A stretch of 64,000 nt of DNA from an uncultured Nitrososphaerota archaeon (lineage in GTDB: Archaea > Thermoproteota > Nitrososphaeria > Nitrososphaerales > Gagatemarchaeaceae). A program made the translations under genes and the position numbers. Positions 1 to 11,090 of the stretch are shown here, in pieces. The DNA lies in the NCBI GenBank assembly GCA_963718895.1, contig CAVRAG010000008.1, positions 256,001 to 320,000 on the forward strand. The letters run 5' to 3'. The notes below the pieces were generated by a model. It was not told the origin of the DNA. It made no database searches and was given only the letters and a program-made list of their open reading frames with translations. The number at the start of each line of letters is the position of its first letter. Within the stretch, counting starts at the first letter, position 1.

Positions 1-610
1 GCTGTAGCCCGAGCTGAACGAAGAGAGGAAGGAGGCCAGCGAGGACTCCCTTGCCGTGAAGAGAGGCGAGGACGCGAACGAGGCCGCGGTCGCGTTGGCG
101 ACCATCGAGGACGCGACGTCCCAGGTCGGAGGCGAAGCAGGCGAAGACCCTGCCGACGGAGGCGGCCAGGGTCGCGTTGAGCTGGGCGACCTGCGGGAGG
201 AGGGAGGGGACGACGGAGTCAAGGAAGGAGTACTCCGTCGAGTACAGGCTGTCCATCCCGGTGAAGCTCGACGAGAGTGCGGGGTCGGAGGCGAGCGACC
301 GGTTCAGCCCCAGCAGAGCGGACTGCGTCGCCGATGAGTACATCTGTTTGTTCTGGAGCACCACTATTATGCCGTTGCCGCCCGTGTTGTTCGCAGAGGG
401 GAACTGCGCGGCGATGATGTTCTGGGCCAGCTGCGACTCTGCGTTCGTCGGCCCCCCGAAGTTGGAGCCCGCGACGTTGTAGGAGACCGCCCCGAAGAAC
501 GTCGGAATCTGGGTGCCGAAGACCACCAGCGCGACTATCCATGCGACGAGGACGAGCTTGTACCTCCTCTTGAGGAAGGAGCTCAGGAAGTCGAACCGCG
601 ATTCCGGCAA
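1..610 (-). CDS. MMPL/RND-family membrane protein, N-terminal part (runs off window edge; not in ORF track)
   Basis: Manual translation from TTG at 610: MPESRFDFLSSFLKRRYKLVLVAWIVALVVFGTQIP...SQLAQNIIAAQFP...IIVVL, a typical MMPL N-terminus (TM helix then extracytoplasmic loop). Probable frameshift near 130-150. Confidence 0.6.
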   Translation of the reverse strand, partial: MPESRFDFLSSFLKRRYKLVLVAWIVALVVFGTQIPTFFGAVSYNVAGSNFGGPTNAESQLAQNIIAAQFPSANNTGGNGIIVVLQNKQMYSSATQSALLGLNRSLASDPALSSSFTGMDSLYSTEYSFLDSVVPSLLPQVAQLNATLAASVGRVFACFASDLGRRVLDGRQRDRGLVRVLASLHGKGVLAGLLPLFVQLGLQ

Positions 611-683
611 GAAGCTGAGGCGGTCCGACGACCCGATTTAAGTTTTGACGGGGATGGCGGTGTGAGGATGGTGGTCGCGTCGA

Positions 684-1644
684 TCAGAGCGAGGGCTTCC
701 TCGCGACCATCACGGCCTCCTCTATCTTCTCGGCCGTAAGGCCGTACTTCTCGAAGAGCTCTTGCGCCTCGCCGCTCTCCCCGAACCTGTCCTTGACGCC
801 GACCCTGATGACCTTGACGGGGTGGTCTTCGGTGACGACCTCGCAGATCGCCGACCCTAGCCCTCCCAGGACGTTGTGCTCCTCCGCGGTCACTATCGAG
901 CCGCACTGCCTGGCGTACTTCCTGACGAGCTCCTCGTCGATCGGTTTGACGGTGTGAGAGTCGATTACGGCCGCCTCGATGCCCTTCGCCTTTAGGGACT
1001 CCGCCGCACGAAGCGCCACGGCGACCAGCATCCCGCAGGCGAATATCGCGCAGTCGCTCCCGTCCCTCAGGACGTTCGCCTTGCCGAGCTTGTAATCGAA
1101 GCCCTCTTCGTAGATCACCGGGACGGACGAGCCCTTCACCATCCCTCTCGTGATCCGGACGTAGAACGGTCCCGGGATGTCGGCGATCGCCTTCACTATC
1201 CCCTTGGCGGAGACCGAGTCCGAGGGCACGACGACCCTCATCCTGGGGATTGCCCTGATGATGGCGCAGGTCCTCCAGCTGCTGGTGGGAGGCGCCGTCG
1301 GGCCCGACCGAGATGCCTCCGTGGGAGCAGATCAGCTTGACGTCGAGATTGGCGTAGGCGATGATGTTCCGTATCTGATCGACGCACTTTCCGGGGACGA
1401 AGATCGCGTAGGTCCCTGCGTAGGCGGTCTTCCCTGCGAGCGCCAGCCCTGCGGCGACCCCGAGGAGGTTCTGCTCGGCGATCCCCACGTTGAAGAACCG
1501 CTCGGGGAACTTCGCGCCGAACATACCGGACTTTATCGACTCGGTCGTGTCCGCCCCCAGGACCACGACGTTGGGGTGCGTCTCCCCCAGCTCCACCAGG
1601 GCCTCGCCATAGGCGCTCCGCATCGAAGCCAGCTTCTCTAGCAT
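684..1644 (-). CDS. tkt: Transketolase C-terminal subunit (one frameshift near 1270)
   Basis: FFNVGIAEQN and GPDGASHQ motifs in ORF 583..1644 continue in ORF 684..1241 (VKPID, TAEEHNVLGGLGS, DRFGESG). Confidence 0.92.
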
Positions 1645-2336
1645 CAGCGGTCACCCCTCGCGTCGAGGGCCTTCGCCCTAAGCTCTCCGATCGCCTTCAC
1701 CGGGTCGGGTCTGCCGTAGACCCCGGCTCCGGCGACGAAGACGTTCCCGCCGAGCCTGGCGACTTCGCCTATGTTGCTCTCGTCAATCCCCCCGTCGACC
1801 TCGATGTCCAACTTGAGTCCCCTCTCGGCCGCCAGCGCGCTCAACTTCTCGATCTTCGGGAAGACCCGTCTGTCCATCGTCTGGCCGCTGAATCCGGGAT
1901 TGACCGTGAGCAGGAGCAGCGCGCTGAGCCGGTCGAGCCTCTCCTCGGCCCAGGCCGGGAGCTGCGTCTCGGGTTTCAGGGCGAGCCCCATCTCCTTCCC
2001 TTTCGAGCGGACCGCCGCGTGGACCAGGTCGAAGGCGGCGGCGTCGAGGGCCTCGGCCTGGAAGGTCAGGAGGTCCGACCCTGCCTCGATGAACCTCTCC
2101 GCGTACATACGGGGGTCGGTGATCATTAGATGCGTGTCGAACTTCATCCTTGACCGCGGGCGGAGCGCCTTGACCGTCCCCGGACCGAAGGTGATGTTCG
2201 GGGCGAACCTTCCGTCGATGACGTCGAGGTGTATCTGGTCGGCTCCGCCCCTGGAGGCGATGTCCAGGCCCTCTCCCAGGTCGCTGAGGTCGTAGGCGAG
2301 GATCGAAGGGGCGATCCTGATTGGTCTCGTGGTCAT
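1644..2336 (-). CDS. rpe: Ribulose-phosphate 3-epimerase
   Basis: IAPSIL, HLDVIDGRFAPNITFG, DTHLMI, TVNPGFSGQ, EVDGGI. ATG at 2336 overlaps the upstream TGA (ATGA). Confidence 0.93.
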   Translation of the reverse strand: MTTRPIRIAPSILAYDLSDLGEGLDIASRGGADQIHLDVIDGRFAPNITFGPGTVKALRPRSRMKFDTHLMITDPRMYAERFIEAGSDLLTFQAEALDAAAFDLVHAAVRSKGKEMGLALKPETQLPAWAEERLDRLSALLLLTVNPGFSGQTMDRRVFPKIEKLSALAAERGLKLDIEVDGGIDESNIGEVARLGGNVFVAGAGVYGRPDPVKAIGELRAKALDARGDR

Positions 2337-3152
2337 TTCAGCTCGTTGTAGATGTCGGTCATCTCGGTCCTTGGAGGGAGGTGTCCCGTGGTAAGTCGGC
2401 GACCACTCCATGAAAGAGATCCCCTTCCCCTTGACCGTGTGGGCGATGATTATGGTCGGCCTGTGCTTCGTCATCTCGGCGTTGTCGAACGCGTCGATGA
2501 GCTGCAGGTAGTCGTAGCCGTCCACCTCGATGACGTTCCAGTTGAACGCCCGCCACTTGGAGGCGAGCGGCTCCAGAGGCATTATCTGCTCCGTCAGGCC
2601 GTCCTGCTGGATCCCGTTCCTGTCGATTATGGCGGTAAGGTTGTCGAGCTTGAACTTCGTCGCGGACATCGCCGCCTCCCAGACCTCGCCCTCCTGCTGC
2701 TCCCCGTCCCCCATGAGCACGTAGGTGCGGTAGCCCTTGCCGTCGATCTTGGCGGCGAGCGCCTCCCCGACGCCGACCGAGAGGCCTATGCCCTCCGACC
2801 CCGCGGGCATCTCCACCCCGGGGATCCTGAGGTCAGGGTGCCCCTGGAGAAGGGCTCCGAGCTTGCGGAGCGACTGCAGCTCCTGGGCGGGGAAGTATCC
2901 GGCCTCGGCGAGGATCGAGTAGAGCAGGGGCGCGGCGTGGCCCTTGCTGAGGATGAAACGGTCCCGGTCCGGCCAGTGCGGGTTCTTCGGGTCGTGCTTC
3001 ATCTTGTAGAAGTAGAGGGTGACCAGCAGCTCGACGGCCGAGAGCGATCCGCCTGGGTGACCCGAGCCGGCCTCCGCGAGCGTCCCGAGAATGAGCTTCC
3101 TGGTGTTCCTCGATATCTCCTGGAGTCTGGCGGCCTCCCGGGCTATCTCCAT
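2333..3152 (-). CDS. tkt: Transketolase N-terminal subunit (frameshift near 2367 makes a false fusion with Rpe)
   Basis: SGHPGGSLS, DRFILSKGH, LQGHP, TPP motif GDGEQQEG...N. Corrected end KDEMTDIYNELK* stops at TGA 2335-2333. Confidence 0.92.
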
Positions 3153-3156
3153 CTCG

Positions 3157-4191
3157 CTATCTCCTCACTGGCGCCTGCGAGATCCGCTGTAAAAAGTCCC
3201 CCACCGCGTCGAACCCCGACTGGAAGTCCGCCACCGTCAGCGCGACGTTTCTGGCCTTGTCGGACCTGAGGGGACCTGCGATGTTGCTGAGGCAGGCGGC
3301 CTCGGTGATCGAGCCTCCGGCGGCGACCCCGAGAGCGAAGACTCCCGTCATCGCGTCCCTCACCCCGACCTTGCTGAAGAAGTTCCGCCTCCCGTAGATC
3401 GGCGGGAAGTTCGTGATCTGGTCCTTCTCGAAGACGGTCATCCCCTGCTCGCCCCGCGTGATTAGCATCCCCTTGCAATCGAGCCTCTGCATGATGTTGA
3501 CGCACATGTTGCGGAGGCTGGTCTCGTTCACGATGTTCATCCCGGTGGCGTGGGTGGCCTCCTCGATGTTCGACTTGACGTAGGTCACACCCGAGAAGTC
3601 CAGGTAGTGGCGCATCTTGGGCTGAGCTACGACGATCTTCTTGGACTCCTTGGCAGCGGAGACGACCCCGTCTATCAGGATCGGGCTGATCACGCCCCTG
3701 TCGTAGTCAGAGAGCACCACGGCGTTCACCTGCGGGATCTCGACCTTCGAGGCCTCGACGAAGGCCCTCATCGTGACCGGCGGGACGTCCTTGCGCGTCT
3801 CCTGGTCGATCCTGAGGTAGTGAAGCCTGTTGACCATTATCCACGTGCGAAGCGAGGTGGGCCTGTTCTTGTCGATCGCGATCCCGGTGGTTCCGATCCC
3901 GTTCCTCTGGAGGTCCTCCGTGAGCCACTGGCCCTGGGCGTCGTCGCCGACCACCCCGAGCACGCTCACGTTCGCGCCGAGCGAGGTGAGCTCCCTTGCG
4001 AGGTTCGCGGCGCCTCCGGGAAGCCGGAGCTCGCTGACGTAGTCGCCAGCGGGCACCGGGGCCTCTCTGGCCAGCTTGCGAGCCGAGACCTCCACGAACC
4101 TGCTCACTATGAGGTCGCCGATCACGAGCATGTGTTTGCCCTGGAACTTTGCCACGAGAGAAGTGAGACCCTCGACCGACATGTTATCCAT
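3157..4191 (-). CDS. PfkB-family carbohydrate kinase, RfaE/HldE kinase-domain-like
   Basis: VIGDLIV, REAPVP, PGGAANLA, LSDYDRG, ITRGEQGM. The anion-hole motif is atypical (GVRD). Confidence 0.8.
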   Translation of the reverse strand: MDNMSVEGLTSLVAKFQGKHMLVIGDLIVSRFVEVSARKLAREAPVPAGDYVSELRLPGGAANLARELTSLGANVSVLGVVGDDAQGQWLTEDLQRNGIGTTGIAIDKNRPTSLRTWIMVNRLHYLRIDQETRKDVPPVTMRAFVEASKVEIPQVNAVVLSDYDRGVISPILIDGVVSAAKESKKIVVAQPKMRHYLDFSGVTYVKSNIEEATHATGMNIVNETSLRNMCVNIMQRLDCKGMLITRGEQGMTVFEKDQITNFPPIYGRRNFFSKVGVRDAMTGVFALGVAAGGSITEAACLSNIAGPLRSDKARNVALTVADFQSGFDAVGDFLQRISQAPVRR

Positions 4192-4303
4192 GATGACCGC
4201 AGACCCTCTCGTTTCTTGCTCCCGCGCGACCTCATTTTAAGACTTTGGTGAGGGACCGAATCCGGGCTAGACCCCGCGAGCCTCCCGCCTCGCTGCTCCC
4301 TCG

Positions 4304-4841
4304 CTAGTGGTCGGTGGCGCGCCCTGTCTTCTCCTTTCCTTCCTTCTCTTCCTTCCACTTTTCTTCGAGGAGGGCGCCCAGCACGACCACGGCCTTGCTG
4401 ATCTCCCTCTGCATCGCGAGGGGGTCGTAGTTCTTCGGAGTCTTGTACTCGAGGAAGCGCGAACTCGGGTCGAGTTCAAGGAACCCCTTGTTGGCCTCGA
4501 AGAGCGAGAGGAGGGTCGGGCCGTCGAGCTTCCTCAGGTCCGACCGCCAGGAGTGGTGGAACCCTTTCTCGCTCACGAAGGTCACCTTGACGTTACCTTC
4601 CGCCTCCTCGCGGATGCTGTTCCAGAAGTCCGTCGAGACCGCCTCCTCCTGGACCTCCCCGCCTTTGAGGCGCCTCTCGAAGCGCTTCGCCCTCCTGGTC
4701 ACCTGGCTCTCGCTGATCTCGAAGCGGGTCGCGACCTCCGCGGGCGGTCATGCCCAGCTTCGTCAGGTAGAAGCAGCCCTCGTCGAGGATTGACTGGTCT
4801 ATAGCCTCCCGGCGACCGGTCGGGGTCTTGCGCGTAGCCAA
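4304..4841 (-). CDS. Hypothetical protein with N-terminal helix-turn-helix (frameshift near 4742)
   Basis: Joined frames give ...FYLTKLGMT(x)AEVATRFEISESQVTRRAKRFE, an HTH-like pattern, continuing into ORF 4304..4702. Confidence 0.6.
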
Positions 4842-4979
4842 CTTCTCACCGCCGCTCTTGCCCGGAGGGATATACGTTGTTCTCGGACGAGCGGTAGCAC
4901 CCGTGCGGGCGGACGCGGGCACCCGCCACCGGACGGTCCCGTCCTTCCGTGAACCTCTCCCGGATGCCCCGGTGGTGGA

Positions 4980-5975
4980 TCACTTGATGAACGAGGCCGC
5001 GAACGCATAGCGGTTCGCACGAAGTATGTCGTCGTCGTTCAGGATTCCGTTCCGCAACAGGAAGTCGATCTCTCCCCTGAGGTTGGTCATGAGCATCTCG
5101 GGTCCGTCGGTGTTGATCGTGTACTTGATGTGGTGGGACTCGAGCGACCTGAAGATCTGCTTCATGTGCCCAACCCCCTTTACGACGCGGGTGTTGAGGT
5201 TCGAGGACGGGCAGACCTCCAACGTGATCCCCCTCTCCCGCACCATCTGGAGCGTCCTGTCGTTCTCTATGGACCGGATCCCGTGCCCGATCCTGTCGGG
5301 CTCGAGGTAGCGTATCACTTCCCTCACGGAGTTGTGCCCCTCGTCCTCGCCGGCGTGGACCGTCAGGCCCAGCCCCTCGCTCCGGGCGCGCTTGAACAGG
5401 TCCTTGCACTCGGAGTAGTGGAACTTGTCGCTGTGGGGGCCCGCGATGTCTATCCCAACCACCCCCCTGCTCTGGTAGCGGAGGGCCTTCTCGAGGAGAA
5501 TCTCGTTCTGCGAGCGGCTGAACGTCCTGTCGAGGCAGACTATGAGTCCGGTGCGGACCGGGTACTCCAGGGACGACCTGTCGATCCCGCGGATCGCGGC
5601 CATCATGATCTGATCCAGGTCCTGTTCCCCTCCCCTGTTCCTCTTCATGGGGTTGAAGCGGAGCTCGAGTAGCGTGATGTTGTTCTTCCTGTACGCCCCG
5701 GCTATGGTGTGGTAGACCGACTGTTCTATGGCGAGCGGGCTCGACTGGATCAGCTCCGTCCACTTGAACATCTGGAGGTAGTCCTCGAAGGACTTGACCT
5801 TGCGGGGGTTGACCGTGATCATGTCGACGAACCGCCAGTAGTCCTTGGTCGGGAGCTTGATTCCCTGGGCGTGGGCGATCTCCCACATCACCGCCGGGTC
5901 CACCGAGCTGCCGAGGTGGACGTGGAGCTCCGCGAGCTTCGTCTGGGGACCGAGGAAAGCTGGCATCTTGGTCAC
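4980..5975 (-). CDS. add: Adenosine/adenine deaminase
   Basis: ELHVHLGS, TVHAGE, RIGHG, EVCPSSN, INTDGP. Overlaps the guaA stop (ATGA). Confidence 0.9.
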   Translation of the reverse strand: MTKMPAFLGPQTKLAELHVHLGSSVDPAVMWEIAHAQGIKLPTKDYWRFVDMITVNPRKVKSFEDYLQMFKWTELIQSSPLAIEQSVYHTIAGAYRKNNITLLELRFNPMKRNRGGEQDLDQIMMAAIRGIDRSSLEYPVRTGLIVCLDRTFSRSQNEILLEKALRYQSRGVVGIDIAGPHSDKFHYSECKDLFKRARSEGLGLTVHAGEDEGHNSVREVIRYLEPDRIGHGIRSIENDRTLQMVRERGITLEVCPSSNLNTRVVKGVGHMKQIFRSLESHHIKYTINTDGPEMLMTNLRGEIDFLLRNGILNDDDILRANRYAFAASFIK

Positions 5976-7523
5976 TGGGGCTCTATCGTAGCCGGCGGCT
6001 TGGAGGAGATGGCGTAGACGACGCTGACCACACCTTCGACCTCGTTGGTGATCTTCGCCGAGATCGTCTCAAGGAGCTCCGGGGGCGCCCTGTACCAGTC
6101 GGCCGTCATCGCGTCGATCGACTCGACTATCTTGACCGTGACCTGAAACCCCACCTTCCTCTCGTCACCGAGGACTCCCGTCACCCTGTCGTCTCCGACG
6201 TAGGCGAAACCCTGCCAGACCTTGTTGTACACCCCTCCCTCGACGAGGGCGTCCTCTACAACCTTGTTCGAGTGCCGGCAGACCCTCAGCTTCTCGGGGG
6301 TGACCTCACCTATTATCCTGACCGCCAGTCCGGGCCCGGGGAAGGGGTGCCTCTGTAGGACCTTCGCAGGCAGCCCCAGGAGCGCTCCCAGCGATCGGAC
6401 CTCGTCCTTGTACAGAGCCCTGAGCGGCTCGACGACCTCCATCGAGAGGTCCTTCGGGAGGCCCCCCACGTTGTGGTGGGTCTTGATGATCGAGGCCGGA
6501 GCAGAAGAGTGGCCGCTCTCAATCACGTCTGGGTAGAGGGTCCCCTGGGCGAGGTAGCGGAAGGGCCCGTGCTCCCGGGCGTACTCTCTCGAAGACCTCG
6601 GCGAACACCCTCCCGATGATCCTCCGCTTCTGCTCCGGCTCGGCGACGCCGCCCAGGGCGGAGATGAATGCCTGCGAAGAATCGACGATCTCGACGGGCA
6701 CCCCGAGGTCCTCCTTCAGGAATTTCGAGACCTCTGACCCCTCGCCCTCTCTCAGGAGCCCGGTGTCGATGAAGACGCACTGAAGCCTGTCGCCGACCGC
6801 CCTGTTCAGCAAGACGGACGCGACCGAGGAGTCGACCCCCCCTGAGACGGCGCAGAGAACCCTTCCGTCGATCCTGGCCGAGAGCTCGGCGACTGTCTCC
6901 TCGAGGAAGTTGCTCATGCTCCAACCCCTCTTGGCGCCGCAGACGTTGAAGACGAAATTGGAGAGCATCGCGCTCCCCTTCTCCGTGTGGGCGACCTCCG
7001 GATGGAACTGGACCCCGAACTGCCTCCCGTCGGCGGACTGCACCGCGGCGTAGGGGGAGTTCTCGCTGACCCCGAGCACCGACATGCCCTCCGGTAGCCT
7101 GGTTGCGGAGTCGCTGTGGGACATCCAGCAGGAGATCTTGTCCTGGGAGAAACCGCTGAAGAGACCGGACCTGTCGAGGATGGTCAGACTGGACTTGCCG
7201 TACTCGCGCCTCGAAGCCCGTTCCACCTCCCCTCCGTGCGCCTGTACAATCAGCTGGTAGCCGTAGCAGATACCGAGAACAGGGAATTCGCCGTTGAGGA
7301 CCTCCTGGTCGGGATGGGGCGAGGAGGGAGAGTAGACGCTGGCCGGGCCCCCCGAGAGCACCACGCCGGCGACCTTCATCCTCCGCAGATCCTCCACGGG
7401 AGTGTCGTGCCTCAAAAGCGCCGCATATACGCCCAGCGCCCTTATCCTCCTGCAGATCAGGTGCGAGTACTGCCCGCCGAAGTCGAGAACCGCTATGCCT
7501 CCGTCCAGGAGGTCTTGCTTCAG
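5972..7523 (-). CDS. guaA: GMP synthase, glutamine-hydrolysing, single chain (frameshift near 6585)
   Basis: IAVLDFGGQYSHLI, LGICYG, QFHPEV, SGGVDSS, IKTHHNVGGLP, RHPFPGPGLAVR, KPPATIE. The probable start is CTG at 7523. Confidence 0.93.
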
Positions 7524-7524
7524 C

Positions 7525-8635
7525 CTAGGCTCCCCCCTTCAGGGTGAGGGAGTGGACCCCTAACTCGGTGTAACCGACGGCGGAGACCACTCCGAAGGTC
7601 GCGACCCCCCAAAGGTCACGGATGCTCTTTGCGCCGGCATACCCGAACGAGGCCCGAAGACCGTTCGCCATCCCTTCGAGGACGTCCTCGGCAGACCCAG
7701 CGTAGTCGACATAGGCCTCGACGCCCTCGTCGAGTCCCTTGGCCGGGACGCTGTAGCGGTCGAGCGCGAATCTCGCCTTGCCGCGCCGCGGCGCTGGCCA
7801 TGCCTCTGTGGACCTTCATCTTCTTGCCGTTCTTCGTGATGACCCTGCTGGGCGACTCATCCGTTCCCGCCAGGACAGATCCGAGCATGACCGTCGAGGC
7901 TCCCGCGGCGAACGCCAGCGAAGCGTCTCCGGAACCCCGGATGCCACCGTCAGCGATGATCGGGACGTCTATGTTGAGCTCGCTCGCCGCGGTCGCGACC
8001 TCCGCGACAGCGAACAGCGTCGGCGCCCCAACCCTCGTAACCTCGGAGGTTATGCACACCGACCCCGAGCCGATCCCTACCCGGAAGCCGTCGACCCTCG
8101 GGAGCTCGGCGGCGATGTCGTGGACCGCCCTCCTCGTCCCAATGTTCCCCGCGATGAAGTCCTTGCTCAGGTTGGGGATTACCTTCGCCGCTGCCCTCAG
8201 GACGTTCGAATTGTGGAAGTGAGCCACGTCCGCCACCAGGAAGTCGGCTACCTTGTCCAGGGCCTCACAGCGCACTGCGTCCATCGGCGAGATCGATGCC
8301 CCGACCAGCGGCCTTCCCTGGGGGTCCACGCTCTTGACCTGGACCTTGGAGGCCTTCACCTTCCGGACCTGCTCGACCTGGTCCTCGACGCTAAGGTTCC
8401 TGTGGATGACCCCTACGCCCCCAAGGCGCGCCATCTCGAGGGCCAAACGCCACTCGGTCACCGTGTCCATCGGCGAGGATATGAACGGGAGCTCGAGAGA
8501 AATCTTCTTGGTGAGGTTGGTTGAGAGTGCGATGTCACGGGGCTCGACCTCGCTCCTCCCCGGCAGCAGGATGAAGTCCCTGAAGGTGAAGACGTTGGGT
8601 GCGTTCTTCAGTTTTGAGACAAAACTAAGTGGCAA
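7525..8635 (-). CDS. guaB: IMP dehydrogenase lacking the CBS subdomain (frameshift near 7775)
   Basis: SSPMDTVTE, GVIHRN, VGIGSGSVCITSEV, IIADGGIR, HRGMAS. Corrected end ...GVHSLTLKGGA* at 7525. Confidence 0.9.
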
Positions 8636-8685
8636 GGTCTTGTTGTCCTTGCCGAAACAAGCACTCAAGGGTGCTATAATAAGGA

Positions 8686-9282
8686 TTATGGGTCTTTTTG
8701 GGAAGAAATCCCCATAAGGTTCGCCCCCGCGCCTATGACCCATATCAGGGCCGGATAGGCGACCATCCGCTCCATCCCTCCCGGACCGAGACCCAGGTAG
8801 ATGCCGCTTCCGTAAAGGACGAGAGCCGCGAGGGTGACGAGGCCAAGGAGCGCCGAGAAGTAGGAGATGGGAGGCCGCACGAGCCGGTACGAGGATATGG
8901 CCGCGAGCCCTGTGAAGAAGAACGCGACGAACGAGACCAGGACGTGCAGGTCCCCCGTCGTCTCCGGGAAGACCCCCACCCCCATGGCCCCGAGGCTCCC
9001 CGCGAGGGTGAGGATTCCGACCGCACGGTATCGGCTGGCGAAGATCATGTAGCCGGCCAGGAGACCGGCCAGGCCCAGGAGGAAGACGCTGGCATCGAAT
9101 ATCGTGGCGGATGGCTGGACTGTCACACAGGATGGGCTGCAGTCGGCGCCCAGGTCGCTGATGTGGTTCGCAGAGACGCTGTAGCCCCTGAAGAGCGACT
9201 CCGCGATCGTCATCGCGACGATGAACTGCGACCCCCCGACGAAGAGGAGCGCGCCCGCAGTCTTCAGGAGACTCCGGGCCAA
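8686..9282 (-). CDS. DUF998-like membrane protein
   Basis: Five TM helices; YSVSANHISDLG, GVGVFPE, GGMERM. Confidence 0.75.
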   Translation of the reverse strand: MARSLLKTAGALLFVGGSQFIVAMTIAESLFRGYSVSANHISDLGADCSPSCVTVQPSATIFDASVFLLGLAGLLAGYMIFASRYRAVGILTLAGSLGAMGVGVFPETTGDLHVLVSFVAFFFTGLAAISSYRLVRPPISYFSALLGLVTLAALVLYGSGIYLGLGPGGMERMVAYPALIWVIGAGANLMGISSQKDP

Positions 9283-9289
9283 GGTGGTG

Positions 9290-10006
9290 CTACCCCTGGC
9301 TTTGGGTCTGGAGCGCCTTCATCTCGACCTCGACCTCGTGGAGGTCCTTGATCGAATCGATAAGGCTCCAGAACCCGTAGAACGGATACGAGACTATCTC
9401 GGCGTACTGGACCAGCTTCGGGAAGGTCTCCCTCTCGATGTCACCATGGTCGGGCAGGTGCTTCATGACCTTCTGGGGGTTAATCACGTAGACGCCGCCG
9501 TTGATCCAGACGTCCGGGAACTCCGGCTTCTCCTCGAACTTCCTGACGACCTTCAGCTTGTCGATGTAGACTATGCCGAACCGTGACTTGTACGGGACGA
9601 GCGCCATCGTCACCGTCGGCTGCGTGCCCGGCGCTTCGTGAGAGGCGACCATGTTCTTGAGCGGCAGGGAGGTGATGATGTCTCCGTTCATGACGACGAC
9701 GTTCTCTCCGGGGTTCTCGACGGTCGAGAGCACCTTCCTGATTGCCCCTCCCGTGCCCAGCGGAGCCTCCTCGACGCTGTAGGATATGGCGACGCCTCCG
9801 TAGTTCGTTCCGAAGTGCTCCTTGAGCCGGTCCCACTTGTATCCGCACAGGAAGACCACCTCGTCGAGGGGTATCTCCCTCCTGAGCCAGTCGATCTGCC
9901 ACTCCGCTATGGGACGTTCGTTGACGAGGACCAGCGGCTTGGGTTTGTCCTCCGTAAGGGGCCTGAGACGCAACCCCTGCCCGCCTGCGAGGATTAGCGC
10001 TTTCAT
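9290..10006 (-). CDS. Sugar-phosphate nucleotidyltransferase (NDP-sugar synthase family)
   Basis: LAGGQGLRLRPLT, PKPL, PLGTGGA, NGDI, FEEKP, INGGVY. Confidence 0.9.
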   Translation of the reverse strand: MKALILAGGQGLRLRPLTEDKPKPLVLVNERPIAEWQIDWLRREIPLDEVVFLCGYKWDRLKEHFGTNYGGVAISYSVEEAPLGTGGAIRKVLSTVENPGENVVVMNGDIITSLPLKNMVASHEAPGTQPTVTMALVPYKSRFGIVYIDKLKVVRKFEEKPEFPDVWINGGVYVINPQKVMKHLPDHGDIERETFPKLVQYAEIVSYPFYGFWSLIDSIKDLHEVEVEMKALQTQSQG

Positions 10007-10216
10007 GTCGGTCCCACCGAGTCTGGCGCCGATTTGTTGAAGGATAACCGAAGAGGAAGTGTGATGCGCATGGAGTCTCTTCGTTTGCCGCGCCGCGATT
10101 GATGATATTTAGGTTTTCGGCGAATTGCCTGGCTCTCCACGGAACGGGGTCTGGAGTCGGCCGAGACGACTCACCGCTCCTCTCTGGGGCAGGGAATCGC
10201 AGGGACGGGGGGGTGC

Positions 10217-11090
10217 CTAGTCCAGGATGTAGCGGGCCAGTTCCGGCTTGCCCCTGGTTGAGACGTAGACCCCCGGCAGACCCCGCGCCCGGAGGGCGTC
10301 GGTGACGCCTCGCGCCTCCTTCAGGAGGCTCCGTTCCCCCTCGGCCGCTATCTTGTCGAGCTCTGGCGGGAGGTCCCACCCGAACCTCTCCCTGCAGGCC
10401 TGGACGTCCTCCCTCGACCGGAAGGGGAAGATGTTGTGGAGAACCTTCCTCTCAAGGCCGTTCTTCTTCAGCACCTCGACGTGCCTGTCCAGGGTGCGAG
10501 AGACGTCCGAGGTCGGGGGCTGCGCGAGAAGGACGTCGCTCCCGGCCTCGAGCCTCGCTTCCGCGATCCTCAGGCCCCTCTGGCCGTGGAGGGCCGAGAT
10601 GTCGACGGGAGAGAAGAGCGTGGCGTTCACGTCTGCCCTCTCGGCGAGGGCCCGCGCCTCGGCTACAGCCTCGGCGAGGGTCCTGAAGTCGTAGACGTTC
10701 TTTGATCCGTCGCCCTCTCCGTACGGGTCGCCCCAGACAAGGGAGACGGACTCGAGACCGAGCGAGAGGCAGGAGAGGAACATGGACCGGATCGCCTTGC
10801 GGTTCATGTCTCGGGTCGGGATGACCGGTATCACTTCGACTCCGAGCTCGTCCTTCAGGATGGCCGAGGTGTAGATGCTGGCCAGCTGAAGCCGGGCCGG
10901 AGTCCTTCATGTCGGCGACGAGGATCGCATCGGCGAGGTCGGCGATCTTCCTGACCCGGGTGACGGTGTCTCGCAGCTTCTGCCTAATCCCGATGAGCGG
11001 CTCCCGCGCAGCCTCCGCGCTGAAGTTCGGAGGGAAGATCTCGATCAGGGTCGTGAAGACGCCCCGGTCCATCCGCTCGTTGAGCCTCAA
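10217..11090 (-). CDS. Methylenetetrahydrofolate reductase-like protein (frameshift near 10895)
   Basis: IEIFPP at the N-terminus, then IPVIPTRDMNR, LVWGDP, EAGSDVLLAQP, matching the MetF pattern. Last gene of the Met-synthase cluster. Confidence 0.7.

Noticed and set aside
1644-3152. Apparent 502-aa transketolase-Rpe fusion
   Set aside because: One extra base near 2367 explains it. The corrected frame ends in a TGA overlapping the rpe ATG, the same coupling seen elsewhere in the window.
4846-4979. GC-rich intergenic region with inverted repeats (CCACCGG/CCGGTGG) as a possible ncRNA or riboswitch
   Set aside because: No family motif recognised, and short stems are expected at this GC content.
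5972-7523. guaA as an archaeal split GATase/ATPPase pair, or a programmed frameshift
   Set aside because: The break lies inside the ATPPase domain, not at the domain boundary, and there is no slippery heptamer. It is likely an indel error.
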